Positions 12,024-27,000 are shown, counted from the first letter of the stretch. The stretch: DNA of 64,000 bases from Bilabrum cf. latius (GCA_965178125.1 OZ237735.1:2666001-2730000), one strand, 5' to 3'. Translations and numbers: made by a program. Notes: generated by a model from the letters alone, not told the origin.

Positions 12024-15000
12024 TCAACCCCAGCGCCTGTCCCCCGCACCAACCCCGAACCCGCCCCTATCCCCCCCGACGGGCCTATCGTCCCTGCGCC
12101 CCGATGCCTCCACGGCCCCCGACCCTCCCCGCTCAACAGGGGCATCCCGGCTGGCCAGACCACCGAATCCTGGGTGCTCGCTGGACGCCATGCCCCTCCC
12201 AATGGCCCCGCTCGAGCCCCCGAAGCGATCCATGGACCCCGCAGAAGCAGACCCGTCCCGCACACGACCTGCAGAGCCGCCTGCCACATCACCGGTGTCC
12301 AACACAGGAGGCCTGATAGGCCGTATTGGCTGCAGACGCACCGGCTGCGTCACGCTGCGGCCCCCTTCCTCCCCCAACCAGCCCCTTCGATCCTCCGTAT
12401 CCCGCCGACCTAGGCCTACACCTTCTGGTTCACCTCCTCGGCTGCCCCCCGCACCCGGGACCTAACCCCGGTGTTGGTCGTCACCAGCTCCAGCCCCAGT
12501 GTTCGCGCCGACCCCTGCTGCAGGGGGCAGTAGCCTCTCGTGCTCCCCTCGCAGCACGTCCGGATGCACCACCAGCGGCACGCAGGCTGCCCCGTCGGCG
12601 GCCTCGAGCAGGGCACGAAGCACCAGCATCACACGAGCCACGCCGTCCAGCAGCTGTCTGGACAGCGACGCGCTCGAATCCTCGCCCAGCTCCCGAGCAC
12701 CATCTCTTGCGCCAACTGCTCCCCCGCGCCGACCGGCCCCCGCGCGACTGGCTGCCCCCTTGTCCATGCCCAGCACCCGGCGGACCAGGTCCTCGACCGT
12801 GCGGCTGGCACTGCCACCAACACCGTCAAGCACTGCCTTAAGCAAGTCCACCGGCCGCCGCCGAAGCCGGTCAAGTGCCGATGGGAAGCGCCGCAGCCGA
12901 ACCAGGGGCAGCTGGCCGCCGCCCGTATCTGCACCGCCTGGCGTTGTGGGCGACGATGACCCACCTTCGGCGTGATCCGCCCTGCGACTACTGACGTCCC
13001 TTTCACCAGAGATGGTGCCGAATCGGCCTGGGGTGGCAGCCCCCGAAGTCGACGCAGGGCCAGTAGCACTGCTGTCACCGCCCCCGCCGGTCCAAGCCAG
13101 GATAGAGACGTATGCTTGCTGCAGGGCAGGGACGTTCCTCGGAGTGAGCTGCTGGAAGACAGGCTCGAAGCTGAACTGCACCTCCACCTGGTCCACGCTC
13201 CACTGGGGCACGCCCGGCTGGCCCGAAGAAGGGTAGTAGTCGGGGCTCATGGGACCCAACGGTGTGGATGCAACCCGCATCGGTGAGACAGGGGATTGTG
13301 CGTCGGCGGCAGCCAGTCCTGCGATTGCCTCGTCTCTGGCTCCGGCGTCCTGCCACAGCCTGGTGAGGACGGCAGCAGGCGCGTGTGAGTCCACGGCCAC
13401 GGAGGACCACCGTGAGGTGAACACGTTGTCCAGCGATCGAGTCGACATGGAGTTGCCATCCATGCCGCCGTAGGAGCCGCCCGCTCCTCTCCCGGCAGAG
13501 CTGATCGAGCCGTCGTCGAGAGAAAAGAACACGTTCACCAGGCCAACGCTGGCTTGTGCCTGCCGACGCACCACTGCACACGAGTCTGGTGTTATGCTGG
13601 GTGCGCCACCGCTGCGTCCCCCTGCCGCCGCATCGTCAAAGAGCTGCGACCCGAGCACCACTGCATGGTCGGCCTATACCAGCAAAGAGAACCCCCTTGG
13701 CTCAGAGGCCCGGAGCACCAGGCTGTGCACCCTCAGTCTGACCGTGCCCTGCTGCGTGGCATGCGCGGGGACGAGCAAGGGCTGCTGTAGCAGCGCCTGG
13801 TAGGAAGATATGGAGCCTGCGGGCACGGCAGGAGGTGAGCCCGAGGGGTCATCGAGACCCTAGCCCTGGCCGTGGTCACGCTGCTGCCCGCCTGCCATGA
13901 CCCGGAGGCCAAAGGGCTCGCGGCCAACAGACGGCGGGGCAAACTAATGATGTGCCCCCGGAATGTGATTGGCACCTGTACTTCCTGGAGACTGTGCTGG
14001 CCCGCGCGAGTCCCATGCCCCCCTGGGGCTGGACGCACCGAATGGCCCGGCAAACTGAGGCCCAGCGCGACCACCCTGGCTGGCGTACTGCTGTCCGCTG
14101 TAGGAGGCGTACGGGTCTGGCCTGCTGTACGGAGGATATCCACCACCGCTATCATACGACGATTGGTAGTAGTGATCACTCTCTGTGGGACCGCCGTACC
14201 CGACAGACCCTTGCCCTGCGTACCCGCGGGGCTCGAAAGGCCCGCTCCCTCCGGGCGGGTATGAGTCGAAGCCACCGCCTGCGCCGTAACCGCGGCCATG
14301 TACGTCCATTGCGCGCTGCTGCGGCGGCATTCCAACGGCTCTGTCGTACCCGAAGCGCGCCTCGTGCCCTGGGCCCATCCCCCGAGGCACCATCGCGCCC
14401 GGGGCGTCCACCGGGAAACCAGCTCCCAGGCCCCCTCCGCGGTACTCCACGCTGCGGCCCCTCCCCTGCGGGTCCGCGGCCGGGTACCTGTCCCAGCCCG
14501 CGCCATAACGTGCTCCATCGCGACGGCCTCCCGAGTGCGGGCTGTCATAGCTAGGGTCTGTCCCGAACCGCCCCGGGTCACCCGTTGCGTTCCCGCCCGA
14601 GTCGCCTCGGTCTCGAGGATCTGCAGCTCCGTGCCTGCCTCGCCGGCCATCGCGAGACCTGGAGCTCGTCTCGGCCCCCCCCTTGCCCCCGCTACCTCTC
14701 CCTCTCCCGCCGGGCTCCTTGCTTCTCCTCGACAAGCAGGCCTCGTGCTTGCGCAGGAACTACGCCAGGCGCGCCTGGCCCGACCGACGGACTGCCTCCA
14801 CGTCCGCTGATACGTGCTCGTTTGCCTCCTGCTGGGCGCGGTTCCACAGCGTGAAGGTATCGCCAAGCACGTCTTGCGGCGACAAGATCTGCTCCACGCG
14901 GCCCTTCACGCGAGACACGTCCCCTTCCACTCGCAGTGCCACAGGCAGCACCGGCTGCCTCAGCATGTCGTCGAGCCCTGTCTAGCCCGAGCTGCCCTGC

Positions 15001-18000
15001 CCCAGCGCAAGGGGACCCGAGAGAGGCCGCGCCCATGGGAATGCGTCGCACACCCGGCCCGCGTCAGAGGGACGCCACCCCCAAAGTGCGTCATCGCCCT
15101 CCTTCTCACCCTCGTGCTCGGTGTCATCACCACCCTCTACTGCGGCCTTTGCTCGGGCAGAGGACCGCAGCAGCCGCACGCCTTCCTGCGCGCTGCACTC
15201 CAGCCCCTCTATGTCCAGTGAGACGGGCGGGTGCTCGGCGCCTTGCAGACGGGTCCCGAACCGTTGCGACTCGCTGCGCTGCCGCCTCACCGTGCCCTGA
15301 ATGTGAGGCACCGCCAGCACAAAGCGATGCAGGGCGGCAGCGCAGCTCCCCTGCCTCAGCATCTGGGGCACCGAAGGATCCGCCTCCCAGGAGAGCGCAA
15401 GTGCAACACTCTCAGGTACGACTGCGTCCCCCGTAAAGCCAGCCGAGGGGCCTTGGGCAGAGGAAGGCAGCAGCTGCAAGGCGCCCGAAAAAGCAGCCCC
15501 GCTCACGGTTGCGCTGGCAGCCGCGAGCGTCGCGTCTAGCCGAGCGGGGCCTATGAGTCTGACGATCCCCTGCGAGGAGGAGTTTAGGCTGCTTAGCGTG
15601 GCGCGGGCACCGCTCGTGCGGACGCCGGAGCTCTATTCCGCTGCGGCCCGTGCCCTCACGTCAGCCATGTCAGGGTTCTCGAGGGCCATGAGCTCTTCGT
15701 GCACGGGACCCGCGGTCTGCAGCGCCACGCACTGGCCCAGCTCGACTGACCAGGATCGGTGCTCCACCACCTGCAGGGCGGGTAGCAGCTCGGCCCACTC
15801 GTCACTTTCCTCGAGGGTCGAGCTCGCCACGGAGTCCAAATCGTCCACCTCCTGCGCCCCGAACGCGGCAGGATCGTCGAAGCTGAACACGTTGTTGTCT
15901 CCGGTGCCTGACCTGGTGCTGGCCAGCGGCTGCCCCGGCCCAGCCTCGCCCCTGCTCCCGGCTCCAGAGCTCTGCGCCCTCGAGAGCCGGGAGCTCATCG
16001 GACCTCCGTGGCGGTCGGATTGCGGGGACACCCGACGGGGGGAACCCGGGGGCGCGTGGCCTGCAGTGACATCGGCAGCGCTGGTGCCACCCAGCAGAGC
16101 GTGGGAAGCCGCCCTGAGCAGGTGCACCCCCGGGGAGAAGGAGTGTCCAGCACCAGCAGCGCCGTGCCCGAGGGCGCGCCTGCCGCTGTGATGCTGGAAT
16201 GGAGAACCAACGGGCACGATCTGCTGCCCAGCAACTGTGCCGGAGCCGCTTCCGGTTCCTCCGCCAGAGTTATCAGCACCGGCAGCAGTGTGTGCGCTGG
16301 TCGCGCCCGCCGCCTGCCAGTGCTCGCTCGAATGATCATCGCCTTGACCAGACTGCGGACCATTTTGCTGCTCCCAACCGCTCGCCTGGCTTGCTGCCCC
16401 TGCGGCCACGCCAATCGATCGGCTCCATCCAAGCACAAGCCTGAGGACGGGGGCAATATTGTCGCGACTCACCCCGACCAGCACGCCATCAGCACCCATC
16501 CGCCCAGCCACGCGCACGCCCACATCCCCGCTGAGCAGCCGCAGCCGGCCGAGAGCCTCCTCGTCCTCAAGCACAAGCGCGTCCTCGAGCCCGCTGGGTC
16601 CGCGTGTGACGCCCAGACGCATGCCGGAGAGCCGGGCCTGCGCGATGGGCTGAGAGCGGACCATGACGTCTGCCACGCCTGGAGTCATCCGCTGCACTGA
16701 AAGCACGACCTTCGATACGACTGCGTCTGCGGTGACCATAAGCCTGCCAGCGATGCTTCGCGCGGCAGATTGCTTTAGAGCGACACGGCCTAGGACATCA
16801 GAGCCACTGGTCACGAGATGCCTGGGCGAGAGCCCCTGCGTTGCTGCTTGCTCATCGTCCTCGTCATCCGGGAAGAGCTGTTGCGGACGACCGAGGCGGA
16901 TTTCAATGTGCGCATCCGCAGGTTTCGGCAGCAGCAGGCTTGCGGACACCATGCTGCCCTGTTGAGCCGACATCGATGGACCCAGGCGTGAACTCCCGCC
17001 CGCTCGCTCCCCTCCCGTCCCGCCCTCAATGTCGCCCCAGGAGACATACAGGAGTGAGTCGTCAAGCTGCCCGCCCCCGCGCATGACCTGCTGCACAGAG
17101 AGGCGATCGGGGTGCGGATAGGCACTTCCGCGCCCTCTACCGCTCGAAAAAGTAGAGTCTACAGAGATGTGGCCGTTACCCGGGGTAGATCGACTGAGTG
17201 GTGCCAGAGAGCCCGTCCCACCGCCACCACTGGAACTGGCACTGTCGGATTTGGCGCGGCTAATTCGCAGAGCAATCTGCACTGGTTTCTGCAAGAATAC
17301 CTCTGACACGCTCGGGAATGTGCCCTGCAAACGGGTTCCGTAAATTGCATTCGCCACGGCTTCCTCCAATCCTAGGTCAAACCTCCCGTCGTTTCTTGTC
17401 TACTCCTCTGCATTCGAATTCCCACCCTGGGGTTGCGACCCGCGCTGCGGAGCCCCTTCATCGGCAGGCCCACCGCCATCACCGCGACCTGTCCCAGCTT
17501 CGGATCCAACGTGGGAAGGCTGCCCTGCGACGCCGTCCGGCACAGAGCTGCCAGAGTGCCTAGACCGCTATCCAGCGTGGGCTCCTTGCTTCAGAGCCTG
17601 CGAGGCAGCACCTGCTTCACGAGCTGCAAGCAGCACAAAGGCAAGCAGCTGTGGCGTCACCTGCGTGCCTGCCAGCTCCATGTGCACAGACAGGCGCTGC
17701 GCCTGGGACGCATGGCCGCCGCTGCGCATCAGACTCGCGAGTGCATCCATCATGGGATCCGTTCTAGAGAGATCCAGGCCGCGCTTGGACCGGCTGCTTC
17801 GCTGCCTTCGCGCCCTGCTTCTTTTCTTCTCAATGTTGGCAGACTGCAGCGCTCGCATCACTGCGTTCACCCTCCGACTCACCGCTCGGTCGTCCTCTGA
17901 GCGACTGCTGCCTCTCTATCGCTTGCTGTCGCTATCGGACGAGTCACCCTCATCATCGCTAGTGCTTGTGCCGCTTCTGCTGCCCCCGTCGCTGTCGCTG

Positions 18001-21000
18001 TCCCACGACACCAAGGCCACCGGCCCAGCGGTGAACCCTCCCCACATGCTCCCGATGCCCACCTCGGGCAGCTGCACTGCGAATGACACCGCATCGGCTA
18101 TGCTCTAGGCCGAGGCTCCGGTAGAAAGGGGGCGGAGCCGCAGCGATCGTGCGATTGAGGCACCGCCCCACTTGTCTGCGTCTCCCGGTGTGGGCCTGGC
18201 TCGATCGGCACCCCCTCTGCCTTGGCGCGGTACTGCGGCCGGCCCCGAAGACGAGGCATCTGGGCTACCGTCGAGACCGCCGTCCCCTGCCGTTGTTCCA
18301 GCTTGATCCCGGGCCTCGAAGAAATCTAGAACCGACACGCGGCGCTCCAGCAGCAGCAGCCTGCCAGCCTGCACCCGCACGCTGCTTCTCGTGACCAGCA
18401 GCCAGCCCGCCGAGTCAGCCGCCGGCCCGGTCCCCACTTCCTCCTCGTCGTCTGAGCTCAACACGCCGTCTTCGTCGATTCCAGCGACAAGCTCATCCAC
18501 CCCTGGGAACATGCCGTCCTCGCCGACTCCCAGCGGCTCATCATCGGGATCCGTGCGCTTGCTCACAGCACCTACTGCCTGCCTGCGCGTCGAAATTCCG
18601 GGCGAAGACTTGCCGCCACGGACTGCTTGGTCCGGCTGCTCACGTGCTCGACCACCTGACTCGCTGGGCTTGAACTGCCCCACTACCTCGTCCACCAGGA
18701 ATCGCACCGGTTCTAGCATAGAGGGTGCTAGGCTGCCCATGCGTGTGCGGCCGTGCCCGTGCCCCTTGCGAGGAGGTGGCTAGGGCCCAGGAGCCTCGCC
18801 ACCTTGGTTGCCTGCGCTGGGGCTCGGTACCCTGTGACCTGGACCCACAGCAGATGCGCGACTACCGGCAGCTGAGCGTCGGTCGCTCCTTGAGTCCGCA
18901 TCGGAACCTCCAGCATGACCAGACCGAGCATAAAGCGGCCTGTCTACAAACTCTCGCACGCTTTCCCCAAAATTCCAGGTATGGAGCAGGCCGGTGATGT
19001 GTCGCGCCGAACGAGGGGTACATATTAATCTAGTGGCCAGCACATCCATGGCCAGATCCACGCCGAGCTGCCCGCTGTGAGTCCGGGCGTGAGTCGGCTA
19101 GCGATGAGGGGCCACAGAACTGGCTCGATCGTTACCTAGAGAGTTTGATTCTGGCAGCTCTCCGGACGCAGTGGCCGAGCCCACGCCAGGGCTGGCATGA
19201 CTGACAGCCCGTGAGAGCGAGCCAGTCAAGCTGTGATCGGCCGATGAGCTGCCGCCGTCCCCCTCATGCCCGACGAGCGCCGCCACGGCTGCACTCGGCA
19301 CCCACAGGGAGGCATCGGCCTGAGGGCACCACTCCTCTAGCGCCAGTAGAGGCGCCATGTCTTCAGTCTGCCAGTCCAACCGCCTGCTGCCTATCTCAGT
19401 ACCGTCTCTCTCGGCAAGAGCCGCACGCAGCGTGTTGGCCACCAGGCCAATCCCTCTGAACGCCATGTTCTCCTGCTCATCGTCGTCCGCAGCTCCGTCC
19501 GCACCGTTGAAATCGAGCTGCAGCAGCTTGCGTACTCTATGCTAAATCTGCGCAAGGCCGTCTTTGACGTTGTTGGACCCAGTCGAAGAGCCCGGTCCGG
19601 CTGCAGCGTGGTCTGGGACGGCAGGGCCAGACTTGAGGGGGGAGACCCTGCGGCTTCGTTCCGACGGACCGTCGCGCCGCTGGCGACGCTGGAGCCTAGA
19701 CCTCAGGGACAGGCCTCTACCTCGCCCCCTGCTGCTACCTACGCGGTCCACTAGTACATCCTCAAGCAGTCCGCGCCCGAGTAGGGAGAGCGGCGTCACC
19801 TGCGCTGTAACTTGCGCCGAAATCTGGCTCAGTCGTGCTGAGGCGCCGCCGACCACCACGCGCCGGGACGCAGAGTCTCCAGGAGCCGCGACGGAGCTAC
19901 CTGACATGCCGTTGATTTCGCTCTCATTTCCTGCTTCACCGCCACCCATGGCCGATAGCACCACGCCCACAGTTGCAATGCCAACGCGAACTTCAGCGAC
20001 TGACATGCGGGGGGTGATGGAACCGAAAAGGGCGCGAGAGGCATCTGACAGCACCGCCGCTTGCCCAGAACGTCGGGTCTTCACACCCAGGCTCTCCATG
20101 GCTGCCTCTACCAGCTCTTGCTCTCGCGCAAGAGCATCTGCGGGCTCCTCCAACATCATGAGGCTGCCCAGGTGCCGCGCACTAGACCGCATCGAGGGTG
20201 CGTGGATGGCTCTCGAGGTCTCGCGCGCCAGAGTGGAGATACGGCGTGGTACGCTGCCGCGAACAGACGCCCGTGCCTTGCGCGAACCCGGCCTTGGCTT
20301 GGCCGGCGATCGTGTCGTGCGCCGAGTGAGGCTGGAGCGCAGCGGCTGGCTGATTCCGGCCTCGGAGCCCCTAGCGCCCCGAGTGCCGTCTGCAGACGCT
20401 TCGTGGGAATAGTACGGCAGGGCCAGGGAGGCCTCCCGCACGGCAACGAGGCACGCGGTCTTGGTCGTCACGGAAGACGCGCGCGAGAAGGCAGAGCGCA
20501 GCTGCACCTGCAGCTCGTTGGCAGCCTGCTCCCCGATGGCAGCGATGTCCCGGTCAAGGCTCGCAGTGCTAGTAGATCGCCGCCGCATCGGGAGCTCGCG
20601 GGAGTCCATGCTGGCGTCGCTCATCGTGCGAGACCTGCCTCGGCTGCGCCCGTCCATCGGCAGACGCGCCAGCGGCATACCCGACGGCGTCAGCCCATCC
20701 GGCCGCATTGTCTCGCTGGTGGCAGCAGGACTGCCACGCAGCAGTCCGCCCCCCCTCGAGCCCAGCTTGCTAAACACGCGATTGAACGATCTCTGGAAGG
20801 CGTTAACCACACGAAATAGAGCCTAGCCAGCACCAGGAAGCACCAACGCGTGCACGCGAGCCAGATCCACCAGCACGGCGTTGTCGGCATCGCTGCTGTC
20901 GCTGACGAGCAATCGAGCCAGTCGGCGCATAGCTGGGATGTGCGACCCGCTGCTGCTAGACACAGGGGCAGCTGCTGCTGCAGATTTCTGCTGCTGCTGG

Positions 21001-24000
21001 GCGAGTGCTACCACGGATTTCAAAGAGGCTGACCCGCCGGCGCCGCTGGCTGCCGACTTCCCTGGACTCGAACCAGCGGGTGCGCGGGTGCTGCTACGAC
21101 TGAATACATCCACGTGAAGATCCGCATGGCACAGAGCAAGCAATGGCCGCTCAGTCCTCCGCACGTAGGTTAGCTCGAACGATCCGCCGGGTGCGGCCTT
21201 GGCATCCTTGCCCTCGGCCTGCTTGCCCTGCTGCTCAAACTACGGGATGTACTTGGCGGGGCGTGTCTCGGGGACAGCGAGGCGCAAGCCAGCAGATGAC
21301 TGCGCTCTGAGATTCCGCGCCTCCGAGGAATTGCCTGAGCCAGATGACACTGTGCTGACCTCGGAGCCCACACCAGCCTGCCTGCGACGCGCCATCGCAG
21401 CTGCTGCGGCGCCAGCTGCGGCGGCACCCTCTGCATGCCCACACAGGTGATTGAATGATAGCGCGCCGCGGGGCATGGGCAGCAACAGATCTACCGTTCC
21501 GCTTTCTGATAGCCGGTCTCGCACCAGGGTGCTGAGCTCCGACAAGCCATCCGCATCCGAGCTCTCACCGGACCAGCTCCTGCCAACTGGCCCAGAGTCC
21601 TCCGACTCGGCCGCTATGGGGGACTGGCCGACGCTGCGAGGCGGCACGGCTACCACGCCCACAGAGGCCTCCAGCCTCCCCACCGCAAACCGAACGGACA
21701 CGTCTCCTCGCACCTCGTCGTGTTCCAGCCGCAGCGTGCTACATCTCGTGCCCAGCTGCACTACGGTGGCCTGCGACTCCCCCCGCGGCAGAATAGGCCG
21801 GCTGGTCTGGCTCCGTGCGGTCCCTCGGTCTGGATGCTCAGAGCGGCGACTGCCTAGCAAGGCACTGTTCCGCGATTTGGTCCTAGAATCGTCTCGCAGA
21901 ACTGCCGCGAGCTGCACGCCCTGCTGATCCACGAGCAGAACAGAGTGGCCCGATACCAGAGCTTGCCGAGGCTGTGCACTGGAGCGGCGGGGTGCATCGA
22001 CTTTCACGTGCCGTCGGTCCTTGCTGGATTTGCGTGGTGCAGTGGAGGGTTTGTCAGAAGACACCGCCTTGCCAGCTCCGGAGGATGCTGTAGGCATCGC
22101 GCTTTGAGTCCTCGCTTTGGCCCTGGCTGCCTGCGCCTACTGCAGCTGTTCTGCCGCGCTCTGCAGTTCCCGCTGACGCATCTGCTGTTTGCGCGCGTAC
22201 GCACTTGAATAGCTGATGAGTGCTCTCACCTCGCGCTAGAGGCTGTGCGACAGCCACAGCAAAGCTTTCCAGATGCTTGGCTCGAAGGCCCGAGACACGC
22301 GATCCGCAGTAACTGAAATCACGGTCCACTCCTGAAACCTAGACTGGATCGATCGAGAGACAGGCTGAGTGGCTATGCTCGCCTGGTGCAGGGGCGACTT
22401 GGAGGCAGAGGACTGACCCAGCCTGGAGGGCTTGCCGCCGTGCCCGCGTGCAGCTGCACCGCGCCCGCGGGACTTCTTGCCACCACCGTGGTGCTGCCGC
22501 ATCGTCGCTGGAGCCTCAATCAGCCAGCTCTCGGGCGGAGTCCACAGCTGCAGCTAGCCAAGTCCGAGGCCGCTCTGCCGCATGCGGACCCCATGCATGG
22601 CCCCTGTGCACGCGAAATTCCGCATCCACGCGGGAATATGCACCAGGGCGCTCGTTGAATCTGCGGGTCCTGCTGGGCTCCTCGGACCAGCGGCAGCTGC
22701 TGGAGAGCCATTCTCGGCGCTCACGCTATCCTGCAGTCCCTAGTTGGCGCGTAAGGCCTCCCAAACCGCGGTGCTCCACAGCCTGCGGCTAAACTCGGCT
22801 CTCACCTTCGGTAAACCCATCCACGTTTCCTGCCCCGGCTTCAAACCAGTCTCCACGGAGGACACGGGAGGCCGTGACAGGGTTCGTCTCGCACCGCGGG
22901 TCGCACGGGACCCATCCGGAAGCCCAGACACCTTCCCAGCGCTAGAAACCGTTGCCGCCAAGTCTATTGCGCTGGATTGGGAGCCCGATCGAGCTCGACC
23001 AGAGCGCCGGCGGCGAGCCCCAAGCAGCCCAGACGCGGTACGAGGCTGCAGGTCTTTGGTTAGTCCGATGCCGTGCCGACCGATGCCAACTCGGCCCCTA
23101 ATACCCCAGGACATGCTGTCTCCATCCAGCGTCACTCCGCTCGCGCGATACTTCGCCATCATGCCGCGCTCCACCGCACGAAGACCCACCGACGCGTCTT
23201 CCAGCACCACGTGCACTGAGGTGGCGTGCGAGGCCGAAGCGGCCATGGCCATCGCCTGTGCCCGCTCTGCATCCCCCTTGATCGCTTGGATGTTGCGGAG
23301 CACCCACGCAGGAATAGCCTCGGCAATGCGCTGCGAGCGGATGGCCACTGCCTGCGGGTCATCCGCCCTGTTGGCGGAGCGAGCGCCCCTGTGCCTGTCT
23401 CTCCTCTTCAGCAGGTCACCAAGTACAGAGGCGGATTGCATGCTGCCAGTCCAGCCACCTACAAACCGCCAGAAGGAGTCAAGCCTCGTCGAGTGTGCGT
23501 TGAGCTCCACAGCCACCTCGCGAATGCGTGCTCGAATAGATCCGTCCCGAACACGCGGGGCGATGTCGCGCGCGTCGTGGACGTTCTTAGCGATCGCTGC
23601 AGGATAAGCACCCCAGGCGAACCGCGAGTCCGATTCAGTATACCCTGCGAGAGCAGTCAGGTGTGAATCGACCGAATCGTTCCGCTCGCGCTTGCTAGGT
23701 GGGAGTTCGGCCGGAATAGATGCAACTGAACTGCCCTTGGTAAATATGTCGCTCGAGATGGCTTCAGGCAGTTCATGCGACATATATATGCCCAAGCCGT
23801 CCCCACCAACTGCAGCAGACGCGCTCGTCATACTATCGACCGCAACCCTGACTTGTGCGTCCGTCGACTGCGCCGCGCTCAGCGCCGAGGAAGGCTGCAG
23901 TATGGCGGCCGTGCACCCTGCCTCGAGGAGGCCCTCGAGGGCACTGCCCCAGCCGTCGAAGATGCCTGTCGTGTCCTGCCCGACTACCATTGGCGACTGT

Positions 24001-27000
24001 CCCGCGTCGGAGGACTGCAGCAAGGAACCATCAGAATCAAGGGACGCAGGCGTTGATGCGCGCCGGGACTGCACATCGCCACCCTCTCGGATCGTCCACG
24101 TCCGGGCCCGCGCAGTTAGCTGCAGTCCAGCACCAGCCAGTTTGGTGCATTCCACTGCAACGGGGAGCGGCACCACGCCGTCCACACCGCGGGACTGAGC
24201 AAACAGGGTGACCGAAGCAGGGCCAGAGCTGCGCGCGAGCTGCACCGCCACCCAGCTATCGTCCTGCGTCGGCAGCAACATTCCAGTGTCAGAGTGACTC
24301 GCGCGGTCGAGGTGTTGCCGTAGACGATACAGAACCGGAGGCAGGCTTGATTCGGCGGTTTCTGCAGCCGCTGATGCGGCCTGACTAGGATTGGCGCTGA
24401 ATGCGATTGGTACTTGCGGGCTAGAGACAGCCACACTGCCGGTCAGCTGCAGGTGTTCGATCCTTGCTGCCTCTTGAGCAGGCCCTTGCAGCAGATGCAA
24501 ATCAACAGCAACGCATCCAGATGCAGGGTCCGAGCACACCACATGCAGACCTTTAAAATTGAGCGTGAACCGTGATGTTCGGCTCGCCTGTACTCGGGTG
24601 GAGGCCCGTGGACCCGCGAGTCGCGCGCCGACCTGCGTGTGGAGCCAAGCAGGCAGGGTGCTCCGCAAACCGTCCGAACCCATCAATGCTAGCAGGTGCT
24701 GGGTCTTGGATATAACGCCAAGCACATTCCGGCCACCGCGCGATGCACCTGCAGCTCCTGGCCGCTTGGAAGCCTGCGCGGCTCCCAGCCGATGCATGCC
24801 CATCGGTGACATGAACGTCTTGGAAGGCGCAACCTGACGGGCACTGCGATTGGCCACGCTGCTCCGTAAAATATTCTGTTCGTCCGCTTGCATGGAGCTT
24901 GCGGCCGCATGTAGGCTCGCTGAGGCTCCGAGACCTGCAGATGACTGTCGTCCGCTGTGATGGTCCCTGTCTGGACTGACGATAACTGCCTAGCCTGTCG
25001 CGGTGTTGGCCCCCGTCTCAGCGGACTGGGACCCGGGTGTTGCGTTCAGCAGAACGGCTAGCACTAGGTTGAGGCTCTCGACAGTTCGACCAGCAAGCGG
25101 GGAGAGCTCGGCATCCACTGAGCCAAACGAGATGGACTGGGCCTACTCCGAATCCGTAAGGGTGACCGGCGATCCACCAGACAAAGCCGCACCAAGCTCC
25201 GTCTAGCTCCGAATTCGGGCCGGGTCTGACCGGTAAAAAAGTTTGCCTGTTGACAACCTCACTGCTTCCATGGATAGCTGACCCAATTGCATCCAGGACT
25301 AGCTAACTCGCGAGCCTTCGTCCACGACGCAATCCTCCACCGTCTTCCAGGACACTATGGTGTCTGGAGTAGCCACGCTGGCCACTTGAATCCCGCTGCA
25401 GCTGACGCTCACATCCTGCCGGCTCTCACGTTGCGAGGGGTGCCCTTGCACGCTCTTGCCGACGCCTGATGCAACCATGGCACTGACGATGCCCTGTGAC
25501 CAGCTAGGGCGGGGTGTAGACAGACCAGCGGAGGCGGTGTCGCGCTGACCGTGCCCAAGAGACAAAATTCGAGATCTTCGCTGCTCCCACTCGCCGAGAT
25601 GAAGCCTGCACAGCTTTCGCCTCATCACTGACATGGAGGCCTAAACTGGAAGATCGGCAATCGAGCTCCAGGCCGCAACCGCAGCAGGAATGGGGGCCGC
25701 ATTCGAGGCCTAGGAAGAGGTGACTACCTCCAGCACCCGAGATGGCAAGCCGCCCTCGTCCGTCCCGTCGTGCCCAAACCCGAGCTCTGCACTGCCCCAA
25801 GGGCTCTCGTCGTGACTCTGCTGGTCACCTGCATGACGGGATTCCTTCAAAACCGCGCGCAAGTGCGCATGCATGCTCTACTTCTCCAGGCCAGCGCCAT
25901 CTCTTGCGTCACATGCGAAGGGGACATCATCCGCAGCCCGGGCATTTGGTGCATCCAGAGACACTGACTCAGCATCAGAGCCGTAGCCTTCCGAAGGCTC
26001 ACCGGTGAGACCGCTGCGCTCATGGCCGGAACCGAGACCCTAGCCGACCGGCGGGCCGCTGCCGTGATCATGGCTGGAGCCACTGCCACGCGCAGAAGAA
26101 GCAGTTTCTACCTGCGACGAGACGTCGTTACGGGAAGCGAATCCGTCAGATGCAGCATCTGCCACGCGACCCAAAGTCCCGCCGGCTGCCACGCTCGCTC
26201 CTAGCCCAGCACCATGCCCGAGCACCGAAGCAGTTAAGCCAGATGACACGGTACCACCGTCAAAGTCACGGACCGATGTTGCATGCCGGGCGTCCGGAAT
26301 GTACTGTGATTCGAGGGCAATGGCCCTGCGGCGAATGCCGCCACTTTGGGCCAGTAGCCTAGCTTCTGGCCTGGCGGTCGCAATGCTCGCTGCCTGCAGC
26401 TGCACCGACGACAGCGTCGAGGGCGGACGCAGCTGGGCCTCGGCAGGGGCCAGCAAGTCCAACAGTCCCTCGAGTCGCTTACTGCGCTGCGATGAAATAC
26501 GACTGATCTAGGTTGATGCGTATCCAACGCCCCATGCAAATGCATTGAGGTGTCCAAGCATCGCTGCGCCTAGTCCCTGGTCGGCTAATGCTAGCCTGAT
26601 CTTGCCGCTGCTGAGTCGCACCTGAGACGGAGAGTTTGGCTGCTGCTGCATCGAAGCAGACACGCAGTGAACACCACCAGCCAGAACGGACCGGCTCAGC
26701 TCAGCTGGTATCAGCTACTTCAAGTCATGAGATGGCAAATTGTAGTCGGCAAAGTAACTCAACCAGCACGACGGCAAGCCGCCGGGCACGACGACTAGCT
26801 TCCCATGCCTAGAGCGATCCATGTGCCGGAGCTAGTGGAAAGCAGGGTAAAGCTTCCTATCTGCCTCAGAGGCTTCCTCCGATGCTGCGCGCCCCCCCGC
26901 TGCAGATGGTGACTTCCGCTGTCCTCGACTAGCAGCGGAGGAGGCGTCTATTATACCGCGCAGCAGCTTTGGCTAGACACCAGTGGGCGAGCAAGCCTGC

